The notes below the pieces were generated by a model. The model ran no database searches and was not told where the DNA came from. It was given only the letters and a program-made list of their open reading frames with translations. Shown piece by piece: positions 18,940-28,259 of a DNA stretch of 64,000 nt (the stretch's first letter is position 1; every line of letters starts with the position of its first letter). This stretch comes from Chloroflexota bacterium. GTDB lineage: Bacteria; Chloroflexota; Limnocylindria; Limnocylindrales; CSP1-4. The position numbers and the translations under genes are program-made. The DNA lies in the NCBI GenBank assembly GCA_027364875.1, contig DAHXON010000005.1, positions 3,976 to 67,975 of the forward strand, in the 5' to 3' direction.

Positions 18940-18975
18940 ATAGGCCGTGTCGTCGCGGCCACGCCGGGGGATCCG

Positions 18976-19317
18976 CTATGCCGGGGGATCCGCCTCGACG
19001 GCAGGCTGGCTCGCGGCAGGGGATTCGGCCGGGACGCCCCCGATCGTCTTCTCGGGCCGCAGCTCGTCGAGAGCGGCCTCGATCAACTGCCGCCGGTTCC
19101 TGGCTCGCTCCAGCGCGCGGAGCCGCTTGCGCTCGGTCCGTGCGGCCTCGGTCAGCTCGCTCCGCAGCTTCTTGATCCGCTTCTCGATCACCCGCCCGAT
19201 CTTCTTGTCGAGCTTGGGGGCCTGACCGTTCCGGGCGGAGGCGTCATGGCCGCGCGCCACAGCCTTCTTGCGCGCGGGGGCGGTGCGACCCGATGTCTTC
19301 TTCTTGTCCCTGGCCAT
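18976..19317 (-). CDS. Small highly basic coiled-coil protein (113 aa), hypothetical
   Basis: ATG 7 nt after AGGAG. Lys/Arg-rich N-terminal and central helix (KKIGRVIEKRIKKLRSELTEAARTERKRLRALERARNRR). Last gene of the ppk1 operon. Confidence 0.55.
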   Translation of the reverse strand: MARDKKKTSGRTAPARKKAVARGHDASARNGQAPKLDKKIGRVIEKRIKKLRSELTEAARTERKRLRALERARNRRQLIEAALDELRPEKTIGGVPAESPAASQPAVEADPPA

Positions 19318-19422
19318 ATTGCAGCTCCTGACCTTCTGGGTTTCCTCGAGCCCCCGCCGTGGCGGGCTCGGATGGTTGTCGGCGGGCCCGCGATTGGAGC
19401 GGGCGATCGTGGTCTGGTCGGC

Positions 19423-19923
19423 TCAGTCGGCGCCATCTCCCTGGAGCAGGTCCGGCGGCACCAGCCAGCGGAGCACGCCCCGGCCCGGTCCCAGCGGCGG
19501 CGCGACGTCGATTCGAACCAGGGCGCCCTTGCGGACTGGGAACTCCGCCATGCCGAGCAGGTCTGCGGCGAGCATGCTGAAGTCCGGGTCGTGGCCTACC
19601 AGGACCGGGCGGGACGGATTGCCGACGGCCTGGAGAAGACGGTCGAGCGCTTCGAGATCGAGCGGTTCGCCCAGCTCCTCGCGAACGACGACCGGCCGCT
19701 CGAGCGGAGTCGCCACCAGGCGCGCCGTCTCGAGCGCCCGGGCCATGGGCGAGCTCAGGATCACGTCCGGGGCGAAGCCGTTGTCGGCGAGGAACAGCCC
19801 GAGCCGCTCGGCCGCAAGGCGGCCCTTCTCGCTCAGCGGTCGCGCCGCGTCCGGGCCCTGCCACTTCTCCGGGTCGCCGGCATGGCCGTGCCGCAGAAGG
19901 AACAGCGCTGTCTCGCGGGCCAT
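19423..19923 (-). CDS. sixA: SixA-type histidine phosphatase (phosphohistidine phosphatase family)
   Basis: 166 aa. RHG motif LLRHGHAG, plus SSPMARALETA and a conserved His in VLVGHDPDF. Confidence 0.8.
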   Translation of the reverse strand: MARETALFLLRHGHAGDPEKWQGPDAARPLSEKGRLAAERLGLFLADNGFAPDVILSSPMARALETARLVATPLERPVVVREELGEPLDLEALDRLLQAVGNPSRPVLVGHDPDFSMLAADLLGMAEFPVRKGALVRIDVAPPLGPGRGVLRWLVPPDLLQGDGAD

Positions 19924-19932
19924 CGCACAAGC

Positions 19933-21789
19933 CTACAGTGAGGCGGTCGCGCGGCCCAGTGCCCGCCTGAACGGCGCACCGTCCACGGCTCGCCAGACGG
20001 GACCGAGAGCACGCCGGCGCCGGGCAACCTCGCGCTCGCGCGACTGCAGGTACGCCCCGATGGCGTCTGTCTCCGCCTTCGTCAGCTCGCCCGCCCGCGA
20101 AACCAGGACGTCGCGCGTCAGCTTGGCCGCCACGTCGGCGTCGTGGAGCATGCCCAGGTGGTCCTGGAGAAGGGCGACCCGCGTCAGCAGAAGCTCCGAA
20201 TCGGTCCCCAGCAGCTCGCCGAAGAACTCGAGGGCATAGCGCAGCCACTTGGTGCAGATCCTGAGCTCGTGGAGCGTTTCCACGTCCGCCCACGGCAGCA
20301 CCAACTCGTAGACCCGGACCGACTCGTAGTTGGCCCAGATCTCGGACGGGGCGCGGTCGCGAACGCGGTGAGGGGCCGTGGGGGCGGCGATCGTGGCCGC
20401 GGAGTTGGCGCCCGACTCGAGGAAATCGCCCATGTCCTCGAGGAATGTGGTGTAGTCCCTGGAGTCCAGCTCGGCCATGAGCTGCGACCTGGCGTCGTGG
20501 CGTTCCTTGCGCCACAACGAGAACAGGGGCTCGAGGCCGGGCCTCTGGGCTTCGTCGAGCCCGGCCCGGTATTCGTCCAGGTTCGCGATGAGAACGTCGA
20601 GGTCGCGGACCGCTCCGAGCCGGTCTGCCACGATGCCCAGCCGCCGCCGGAGCTTGCGGGTGCGGCCGGGCTTGAAGGAGCCGTCGAAGACGCGCCAGGC
20701 GGCCCGCATCCGCCGGGCCGCGACTCGCATGTTGTGGAGCTCCTCCGGGTCGCTGCCGCTCCGGGTGCCGGCCTCACGGTTCTTGAGCTTGCGGAAGTGG
20801 AAGGCGAGGACTTTGCGGGCGGCCTCGGGCATGCTGTCGGCGGCCTGTATGCCGATGTTCCTCGCGTCCGGCTTGTCCGGACGCGGCGCGCGCTGCTTCT
20901 CGTGCGGGGCCTCGGCGGCCGCCACCTCGCTCGTCGGAGACGGTTCCCGCTTCGGCGTTTCCGTCTCCTCGTCATGCCGGGGTTCGTCGCCCGAGCCCGC
21001 GTCGGAGGCGGCATCGGGGCCGGTATGAGAGGCGGCATCGGCAGCCCGGCTCGTGGCCGTCTTGCGGGCCCGGGCCCGGCCGCCCTTGGCCCGCGATCCC
21101 AGGACGTCCCCGGGCGCGTTCTGCCAGAGGCGCCTGTCTTCTTCGGGCATCGATGCGATTGAACCGCGGACTGCCTTGAACGCACGCTCCAGCTTGGAGC
21201 GGGTCTCGTGGTGCAGTGCCGGGTCGCGATCGAAGACGGCGACGGCCCTGGCCAGCTCGCCCTCCTCGCCGCCCTTGAGCTCGAGCTCCAGCTCCTCGAA
21301 TCTGTCGACGGTCTCGCCGCCGACCACCACTTCGACTTCGTCCACGCTCAGCTCGGCGGTCGAGTCGGCCGCCGCCAGCTGGCGGACTCGCCTGAGCTGC
21401 CGGATCGTCAGTAGCTCGACGAGCGGGCTATCGCCGCACAGCTCCAGGACCACGTCCCGAGCCGACGAACCCGGCCAGGCGGCCGGCTCGAGCATGTCGT
21501 CGGCCGGGCCTTCGATCTCTTCTCGCCGGTGGATGTGGCCCGAAGCGGCGGCACGTGCCTTCAGATTGATCTGCGTGCCGCGCGAAGTCTTGCGCAGCCT
21601 GGCCGCGAATCCGGCTCGGGCGAGGGCCCAATCGGGCGAGTCCACGTAGCGGTCCTCGATCCGGATCTGGTGGACCGCTCCCTGCGCCGCGAAGGGCCCC
21701 AGCTCGGGTGCGACGAGGTATCGGTCGGCGGTCCCCGCCGGCGCGACCCGGTACTTGGCCTCGACTTCGATCCTGCGATCCGTGGCCAT
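19933..21789 (-). CDS. CYTH (triphosphate tunnel metalloenzyme) + CHAD domain protein
   Basis: 618 aa. N-terminal EVEAKYRV ExExK motif, a ~100-aa charged low-complexity linker, and C-terminal CHAD helices (ELHNMRVAARRMRAAWRVF, HELRICTKWLRYALEFF). Confidence 0.85.
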   Translation of the reverse strand: MATDRRIEVEAKYRVAPAGTADRYLVAPELGPFAAQGAVHQIRIEDRYVDSPDWALARAGFAARLRKTSRGTQINLKARAAASGHIHRREEIEGPADDMLEPAAWPGSSARDVVLELCGDSPLVELLTIRQLRRVRQLAAADSTAELSVDEVEVVVGGETVDRFEELELELKGGEEGELARAVAVFDRDPALHHETRSKLERAFKAVRGSIASMPEEDRRLWQNAPGDVLGSRAKGGRARARKTATSRAADAASHTGPDAASDAGSGDEPRHDEETETPKREPSPTSEVAAAEAPHEKQRAPRPDKPDARNIGIQAADSMPEAARKVLAFHFRKLKNREAGTRSGSDPEELHNMRVAARRMRAAWRVFDGSFKPGRTRKLRRRLGIVADRLGAVRDLDVLIANLDEYRAGLDEAQRPGLEPLFSLWRKERHDARSQLMAELDSRDYTTFLEDMGDFLESGANSAATIAAPTAPHRVRDRAPSEIWANYESVRVYELVLPWADVETLHELRICTKWLRYALEFFGELLGTDSELLLTRVALLQDHLGMLHDADVAAKLTRDVLVSRAGELTKAETDAIGAYLQSREREVARRRRALGPVWRAVDGAPFRRALGRATASL

Positions 21790-21828
21790 TCGGCCGCCCC
21801 CTTGTTGCTGCTGCGTGGCCTTCTGCTG

Positions 21829-23991
21829 CTACGCCCTCGGGTCCAGGGATCCCCGGCCGGCGTGCGGCCTTCGTGGCGCGGCAGAGACGGCGACCATCTC
21901 GACGGCCCGCTCCTTGAGCGTCTCGAAGGTGTCGATGGTACCCGGTCTGCCGTTGATCTCCTCCGTCCTCTTATACGAGCCGTCCGGGAAGAGCTGCCAG
22001 GAGCGCCTGTCGTCGCGGAGCATGAGCTCGAGGACGTCGTCGATCCGAGCCCGGGCCTCCAGGTCTTCTACCGGAACCACGGCTTCCACGCGCCTGTCGA
22101 GGTTTCGCTCCATCAGGTCCGCGGAGCCGATGTAGAGCTCGGGCCTGCCTGCGTTGCCGAACGAGAAGACCCGCGAATGCTCCAGGTACTGGCCGACGAT
22201 GGAGCGCACCCTGATGCCTTCGCTCACCTCTGGGATGCCGGGCAGGAGCGAGCAGATGCCGCGGATGATGAGATCGATCGACACGCCCGCCTGGGCCGCC
22301 TCGTACAGGGCCTCGATGCATGCCGGATCGACGAGAGAGTTGAGCTTGAGGATGATCCGAGCCCGGCGGCCGGCGCGGGCGTGCTCCGTCTCGCGAGCGA
22401 TCATGTCCAGGATCCAGTTGCGCAGGTTCATCGGCGCGACTATCAGCCTGCGGAAGTCGCGCTGGCGCGAGAGGCCGGTCAGGACGTTGAAGAGGTCGCT
22501 CACGTCGGCGCCGAGCTCCGGGCGGCAGGAGAGCAGTCCGAAGTCCGTGTAGAGGCGCGCCGTTCCGGAGTTGTAGTTGCCGGTGCCAATGTGGACGTAG
22601 CGCCGCAGCGTGGTTCCTTCGCGGCGGACCACGAGCGCGGTCTTGGAATGCGTCTTGAGACCCACGAGCCCGTAGACAACGTGGGCGCCCGCCTGCTCGA
22701 GCTTGCGGGCCCAGACTATGTTGGCCTCTTCGTCGAAGCGGGCCTTGATCTCCACGAGGACCACGACCTGCTTGCCGCGCTCGGCCGCGGCGATCAGGTC
22801 GCGCACGATGGGGGAGTCGCCGCTGGTCCGATACAGCGTCATCTTGATCGAGAGGACTTCAGGGTCCGACGCGGCCTGGGTGATGAAGCGCTGCGTCGAC
22901 GCGGCGAAGCTCTCGTAGGGGTGGTGGACGAGGATGTCGCCGGCTCGCAGCGCGGCGAAGACGTCAGCGGGCTCGTCCTCGTCGGGCGGTACCAGCCTGG
23001 CCGGCACCACGGGGGCGAACGGGACGAGCTTGAGCTCCGGCCGGTCCAGGTTGGCGATCTGCCAGAGGCCGGTGTGATCGAGCATGCCGGGGATCTCGAA
23101 GCAGTCTTCCGGATCGACGCCGACGCCCTTCTCGAGGATCTGGCGCATCGAGGCGGGCATTCCCTGGTCCACCTCGAGCCGGACGGCCTCGCCGAAGCGC
23201 CGCCGCCGCAGCTCCTCCTCGATGGCGAGGAGCAGATCGTCGGCCTCGTCCTCTTCGAGCTCCAGGTCCGCGTTGCGCGTCACTCGGAAGAGATGGGTCT
23301 CGTGAATGGTCATTCCCGAGAAGAGCATGTCCAGGTTGGCCGCGATCACCTGCTCCAGGAGGACGAACCGCGTGGGCTCGATCTGCATGAAGCGGGGCAG
23401 CACCGGCGGCACTTTGACCCGGGCGAAGCGCTCCTCCGCCTCCTCGGGGTCCTCCATCCGGACCGCCAGCGATAGGCTCAGAGTGCTGATGTACGGGAAG
23501 GGATGGCCCGGGTCCACCGCCAGGGGAGTGAGGACCGGGTAGATCTCGTCGATGAAGCGCTGGCGCAGCTCCTCGTGGTGCTCGGGCACGTCGGCGTATT
23601 CGACGATGTCTATCCCGGCGGCGCCGAGGTCCGAGCAGACCTTCTCGAAGGTGATCCCCTGAAGCTCCAGCAGCTCGCGGAAGCGGCTTCTGATGGCGCC
23701 CAGCTGATCGGCCGGCGACTTCTCGCCCGGAGTGGTGGAAGCAGCGTGGGCCTCGGCCTGTTCCATCAATCCGGAGACGCGGATCTGAAAGAACTCGTCC
23801 ATGTTGGACGCGAAGATGGCCAGGAACTTGACCCTCTCGAGCAGGGGATTGCGCTCGTCGCCGGCCTCGCAAAGCACTCGATAGTTGAACTCGAGCGAGC
23901 TCAGCTCCCGATTGATGTACGGGAACGCCTGCTCGGCGCCGCCTGGGGCAGGCGCCGCGGGAATGGCGGTCCTTCGAACGATTGCGGTCAT
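21829..23991 (-). CDS. ppk1: Polyphosphate kinase 1
   Basis: Motifs PYINRELSSLEFNYRVL, ERVKFLAIFASNMDEFF, and the two PLD-like regions GLKTHSKTALVVRRE and YLEHSRVF. Start taken at MTAIVRR (23991). The ORF-track start at 24105 abuts a perfect hairpin. Confidence 0.9.
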   Translation of the reverse strand: MTAIVRRTAIPAAPAPGGAEQAFPYINRELSSLEFNYRVLCEAGDERNPLLERVKFLAIFASNMDEFFQIRVSGLMEQAEAHAASTTPGEKSPADQLGAIRSRFRELLELQGITFEKVCSDLGAAGIDIVEYADVPEHHEELRQRFIDEIYPVLTPLAVDPGHPFPYISTLSLSLAVRMEDPEEAEERFARVKVPPVLPRFMQIEPTRFVLLEQVIAANLDMLFSGMTIHETHLFRVTRNADLELEEDEADDLLLAIEEELRRRRFGEAVRLEVDQGMPASMRQILEKGVGVDPEDCFEIPGMLDHTGLWQIANLDRPELKLVPFAPVVPARLVPPDEDEPADVFAALRAGDILVHHPYESFAASTQRFITQAASDPEVLSIKMTLYRTSGDSPIVRDLIAAAERGKQVVVLVEIKARFDEEANIVWARKLEQAGAHVVYGLVGLKTHSKTALVVRREGTTLRRYVHIGTGNYNSGTARLYTDFGLLSCRPELGADVSDLFNVLTGLSRQRDFRRLIVAPMNLRNWILDMIARETEHARAGRRARIILKLNSLVDPACIEALYEAAQAGVSIDLIIRGICSLLPGIPEVSEGIRVRSIVGQYLEHSRVFSFGNAGRPELYIGSADLMERNLDRRVEAVVPVEDLEARARIDDVLELMLRDDRRSWQLFPDGSYKRTEEINGRPGTIDTFETLKERAVEMVAVSAAPRRPHAGRGSLDPRA

Positions 23992-24105
23992 ATGTGCGCG
24001 ACGAGCCTCAGCGCTCCTGGCTGCCTGTCCATCCGGATGCGATGTATCCGGCCATTCTGGCCTCCCGGCCGGCAGATGCAACGGTGCTCGGGAAGTCGCG
24101 ATCAT

Positions 24106-24129
24106 CCAATAGGCCGGCCTGCCTATTGG
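24106..24129. repeat. Perfect 9-bp inverted repeat CCAATAGGC-N6-GCCTATTGG
   Basis: Read directly. Lies between the stop of the 95-aa membrane protein gene and ppk1. Confidence 0.8.
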
Positions 24130-24195
24130 ATTGTGCTTCGATACCCATGCGAAAGCCTGCCCCGCGACCGGCTCGACCGCCAGCCGGGAGTCGCC

Positions 24196-24483
24196 TCAGT
24201 CCTCGGTCCAGTAGCGTCGCTCGCCCGTGGCCGGATCCACGTGGACGCGCGTCAGGCGCCCGGAGGCAGGATCACGGAAGACCTCGTCCGTGGGGCGGAA
24301 GCGAGGCTCGCGCTGTCGCAGCCGGGATCTGACTCCGGCGCCGGCGAACCAGGCCAGGCCCGTCAGGGCAAGGATGGCAAGAACGATCGCCACCACCGCG
24401 CCGCCCACGCCCAGAATCTGGACACCCAGGGCGAAGGCGAGAATTGCGACCGCCCAGGCGATCCAGGTGTAGACGTCAGGCAT
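24196..24483 (-). CDS. Small membrane protein (95 aa, 2 TM), hypothetical
   Basis: ATG 6 nt after GGAGA. Two hydrophobic helices followed by a charged tail. Confidence 0.55.
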   Translation of the reverse strand: MPDVYTWIAWAVAILAFALGVQILGVGGAVVAIVLAILALTGLAWFAGAGVRSRLRQREPRFRPTDEVFRDPASGRLTRVHVDPATGERRYWTED

Positions 24484-24580
24484 TCCACGTCTCCACGGCC
24501 CGTCTCTCGAAGCGGACTATCGGAAGCTGCGATGCCCTCCGGACCCGAGGCGGGCTCGGAGGGCGATCTCGCGGCGCTGC

Positions 24581-24925
24581 CTACTCGGCGGGCTGGCCGG
24601 CGGACGCGTCGGGCATCACTACGACGGCCGTTCCGTAGGCCACGATCTCGGACATCGTGTTGCCGATCTCCGAGGAGTCGAAGCGCATCGAGATGACGGC
24701 GTTGGCGCCCATCACGGTGGCGTTCTGGACCATCCGGTCGAGGGCCTGCCGGCGAGTGTCCTCGAGAAGCTCCGTGTACTCGTGGATCTCGCCGCCGACG
24801 AGCGAGCGCAGGCCGGCCGCGAAGTTGCCGGCGAAGCCACGGCTTCGGACGACGAGCCCGAAGACCTGGCCCTTGACCTCGGTGACCCGATAGCCCGCCA
24901 GATATGGAGTTGTCGCGACGATCAT
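24581..24925 (-). CDS. YbjQ/UPF0145 family protein
   Basis: 114 aa, ATG 5 nt after AAGGAG. Family-typical TTPYLAGYRV...GLVVRSR...GGEI..YT.LL..R..A..RM...A...GANAV. Confidence 0.85.
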   Translation of the reverse strand: MIVATTPYLAGYRVTEVKGQVFGLVVRSRGFAGNFAAGLRSLVGGEIHEYTELLEDTRRQALDRMVQNATVMGANAVISMRFDSSEIGNTMSEIVAYGTAVVVMPDASAGQPAE

Positions 24926-25085
24926 TCGATCTCCTTGCAGCGATTGAGCCGGGCATCAGGCCCGGCGGGACGCGCTTACCGTGGATATTGCGACCCGCGT
25001 CTCGCTTCCGGGTCGGGCCGGCGAACGAGACCCGTCTCGTCCGAAAGGACGAAACCTGCCGTCCTGTTTATATGCTCCGGATCGA

Positions 25086-25442
25086 TCACCCTCCAGCGGC
25101 CCCGGCGCGAGAAGCCGTGCAGGCCGGACACGGGCAGTTCGCGCGAAGCGATTCGAAGGTGTAGTAGCCGGTGTCGTGGCCGTCGCCCCAGACCGGAGCG
25201 ACCGCGTACTGGCCGACCAGCGTCAGATTCACGATCTGCGTCTGCTCCGGGCTGAGCTCCGGCATCGAGTCGAGCCAGCCCGGCGAACCGGCCTCGCCGC
25301 GGCAGAAGGCGCACGGGCAGAGCCAGCGCAGGGCCACGCTGGTGTACTGGCTGCGATGGCCGTCGGCCCATTCCACCGTCACCAGGCCCTCCTCGCGTTG
25401 GGCGTTGATCGAGACCGGTTGATTTGCGGGGTTCGTTGCCAT
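25086..25442 (-). CDS. DUF971 (gamma-butyrobetaine hydroxylase N-terminal-like) Cys-rich protein
   Basis: 118 aa. Has LRWLCPCAFCRGE and NCPCPAC motifs and the V..W.DGH.S.Y pattern, repeated. Confidence 0.8.
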   Translation of the reverse strand: MATNPANQPVSINAQREEGLVTVEWADGHRSQYTSVALRWLCPCAFCRGEAGSPGWLDSMPELSPEQTQIVNLTLVGQYAVAPVWGDGHDTGYYTFESLRANCPCPACTASRAGAAGG

Positions 25443-25527
25443 GCCTCATTCTAGGAGCGGCGTCGGGGCGGACGCCCGCAAGCACCACTTCCGAGCAGCG
25501 GTCCCGGCTCGATCGAGATGCTGGCCA

Positions 25528-28155
25528 ATGAGTTCCTCCGCCCCCTCGGGCGCCAGAGTCGTGTCTTCGCAATCCTTCGAGCTGGCCGAAGGCGCCGCTC
25601 ACCTCACTTCCGAAGCTGTCGTCGAGCGGCTCGAGACCGACGTCTCGAGGGGGCTCACACCACAGCAGACTTCCGCGCGGCTCGCCGAGTTCGGTCCCAA
25701 CGAGCTCGAGCCGGAGCGCAAGACGTCGATCTGGCGCCTCTTCTGGGATGGCGCGCGCGAGCCATTCGTCGTGCTGCTCTTCGTGGCCGGCTGCCTGGCG
25801 ATCGCCCTCGGCGAGGTTCGCGACGGACTGCTCGTCCTGGTCATCCTCGCGCCCATCGTGGGCGCCGGGGTGGTCACCGAGTATCGCGGCGAACGAGCCC
25901 TCGAGGCCCTGCGTGAAGCGGCGGCACCCACCGCGCGGGTGCGTCGTGACGGCGTGGTCGCCGACGTCCCGAGCGCATCGCTCGTCCCCGGCGACGTGGT
26001 TCTGCTGCGGACCGGCGACGTGGTTCCGGCGGACCTGCGTCTGACACGGGCCGACGCGCTCTCGTTCGATCGGAGTGTTCTCACCGGCGAGTCCCTGCCC
26101 GAGTCCGCGTCCGTGGAGCCGGACCCGGAAGGCGCCGCCCTGGCCGAGTGCCGCTCCGTGGGTTATGCGGGCACGGCCGTCGTAGGCGGCCGCGGGGAGG
26201 GCGTGGTCACCGCCACCGGCCGCCGGACGGAGTTCGGCCGCATCTCGCAGGCCCTCGCCAGCCGGGAGCGCCGCCGCTCTCCGCTCCAGCGCGAGATGGA
26301 CCGATTGGTCCGGATCCTTCTGTTCGTGGCCATCGGGCTGATCGCGATCGTCGTGGGCCTTGGATTCGCCCGGGGCAACGAGGCGGGCAAGAACATCCTG
26401 GCGGGCGTGTCGGCGGCCATCGCCGCGATCCCCGAGGAGCCGCCCGCTCTGGTCGCCGTGGTCCTGGGTCTGGGCGCCTACCGACTGCTGCGGATGAACG
26501 TGACGGTCAGGCGGCTGTCGGCCCAGGAGACGCTCGGCTCGATCGACCTGATCCTCACGGACAAGACGGGCACTCTCACCGAAAACCGCCTGGCCCTGGT
26601 CGGCATCCGTACCCCCGAAGGGATCATCGAGGATCCGGATCGCGTGGCCGAGCTCGCGACGCTGGCAATCCGCGCCGAAGAGGATGCCTGGAGCGTCGCC
26701 ACGGGCAGCAAGCCCGGTTCGTTCAGCCGGTCTCTGTACGACTTCCTCAACTCGCAGGCGATCGTGCTGGACCTCGATCCAGCGGACCTTCTCGAGGCCG
26801 AGCCGGTCAGCGATGAGCGGCACTACTCGCGGACACGCTCACTCCGGCGAAAGGGCCGCCGGCCGGGCGACGGCACCGGCAGGGCCCCCGGCGACGACGC
26901 CGGAGCGATCGAGGAGGAGCTGGCTCTCGGCGCCCCCGAAGCGGTCCTGGAGATGTGCGTGCCGCTCAGCAAGGCGGAGCTGGCCTCCTGGCGAGCCCTG
27001 ATCGAAAGCCGCGCGGAGACCGGCGAGCGGTTGCTGCTGCTGGCCCGCCGGATGGAGCGCGAACGGTGGCTCCCGCTCGCGATCCTCGCGTTCGCCGACC
27101 GGATCAGAGCCGGCATCGCCGAAGCGATGGCGATGGCGGTCGGCGCCGGAATCCAGCCGCTCGTCGTGACGGGCGACCACCCGACCACGGCCGCGGCAAT
27201 CGCCGAGGACGCGGGCATTCCCAACGAGCGCGTCGTCCCAGCGCTCCAGCTCCGAGCCCGTGACGACGCGCGGCTCGACGCCGAGCTGCCCCCCCTCAAC
27301 ATCGTGGCGCGGGCGATCCCCGAGCAGAAGCTCCGTATCGTCGACGCGGCCAGGCGGTCCGGGCGGACCGTCGCGGTCACCGGCGACGGCGTCAACGACG
27401 CTCCGGCTCTCCACCACGCCGACGTCGCGGTGGCCATGGGCAGCGGAACGGCCGTGGCCAGAGAAGCCTCGGACCTCGTCCTGGGTGACGATTCGTTCGT
27501 CACGCTGATGCACGGCCTGCGCGAGGGCCGCCGCCTGGTCGCCAACGTCCAGAAGGGCCTCGTCTTCCTCGTCTCCACTCACGTCGCGATGCTCGGGTTC
27601 ATCCTGATCGCGACCATCGCGGGCATAAGCCAGCCGCTGCTGCCGATCCAGATCCTCTGGCTCGAAGTCTTCATCGACATGCTGACGGCCGTCTCGTTCG
27701 AAGGCGAGGCGGAGGAGCCGGGAGCGATGCAGCGACCGCCGCGGCCCAGGACCAGGCCTCTCCTCGACTGGGGGATCATCGCCAGGATCTGCCTCGCGGG
27801 CGGCTTCTCGGCGGTGGCCGCCCTGGTCTTGATCAAGCAGCACGACGCGAGCTTCGAGCACGCCCGCTGGCTCGCCTACACGGCCCTGGTCGTCGGCCAG
27901 GTGGTTCGCGCCAACGCCAACCGGAGCCTCGCCTACCCGGTCCTGCTCCGGCGCCCCAACGCGCTGCTGCTTGGCGGGGGCATCCTGTGCGTGGCCATCC
28001 AGGTGGTGATCCCGTTCGTGCCCGCCCTCGCGGACGCGTTCCAGGCGACCCCTCTGGACGCCGTCGACTGGCTGCTCGTCGCCGGCGTGGCGCTGTTTCC
28101 GGCCCTCGTCGCGGAGGTGTACCGGGCGGTCCGGCACAAGCCCTGGGTCGCCTGA
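25528..28155 (+). CDS. Cation-transporting P-type ATPase (P2-like)
   Basis: Cation_ATPase_N-like start (GLTPQQTSARLAEFGPNELE). Motifs TGES, DKTGTLT, VTGDHPTTA, VTGDGVNDAPAL. Start at 25528 avoids overlap with the divergent DUF971 gene. Confidence 0.9.
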   Translation: MSSSAPSGARVVSSQSFELAEGAAHLTSEAVVERLETDVSRGLTPQQTSARLAEFGPNELEPERKTSIWRLFWDGAREPFVVLLFVAGCLAIALGEVRDGLLVLVILAPIVGAGVVTEYRGERALEALREAAAPTARVRRDGVVADVPSASLVPGDVVLLRTGDVVPADLRLTRADALSFDRSVLTGESLPESASVEPDPEGAALAECRSVGYAGTAVVGGRGEGVVTATGRRTEFGRISQALASRERRRSPLQREMDRLVRILLFVAIGLIAIVVGLGFARGNEAGKNILAGVSAAIAAIPEEPPALVAVVLGLGAYRLLRMNVTVRRLSAQETLGSIDLILTDKTGTLTENRLALVGIRTPEGIIEDPDRVAELATLAIRAEEDAWSVATGSKPGSFSRSLYDFLNSQAIVLDLDPADLLEAEPVSDERHYSRTRSLRRKGRRPGDGTGRAPGDDAGAIEEELALGAPEAVLEMCVPLSKAELASWRALIESRAETGERLLLLARRMERERWLPLAILAFADRIRAGIAEAMAMAVGAGIQPLVVTGDHPTTAAAIAEDAGIPNERVVPALQLRARDDARLDAELPPLNIVARAIPEQKLRIVDAARRSGRTVAVTGDGVNDAPALHHADVAVAMGSGTAVAREASDLVLGDDSFVTLMHGLREGRRLVANVQKGLVFLVSTHVAMLGFILIATIAGISQPLLPIQILWLEVFIDMLTAVSFEGEAEEPGAMQRPPRPRTRPLLDWGIIARICLAGGFSAVAALVLIKQHDASFEHARWLAYTALVVGQVVRANANRSLAYPVLLRRPNALLLGGGILCVAIQVVIPFVPALADAFQATPLDAVDWLLVAGVALFPALVAEVYRAVRHKPWVA

Positions 28156-28210
28156 TCTCGTCGGCGGCCGGGCGAACCGGACAGCCAGCCCATGGGTCGC
28201 GACGCGAGGC

Positions 28211-28256
28211 TGTAAAGGACACTTGACAGGGTCCAGCCTGTCAAGCTAACTTTACA
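28211..28256 (+). promoter_or_regulatory. Nested inverted repeat overlapping a TTGACA / TAACTT promoter directly in front of the XRE gene
   Basis: Outer arms TGTAAAG (28211) / CTTTACA (28250). Inner arms CTTGACAGG (28222) / CCTGTCAAG (28237). TTGACA at 28223-28228, TAACTT at 28247-28252, ATG at 28260, and no SD. Confidence 0.5.
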
Positions 28257-28259
28257 GGC

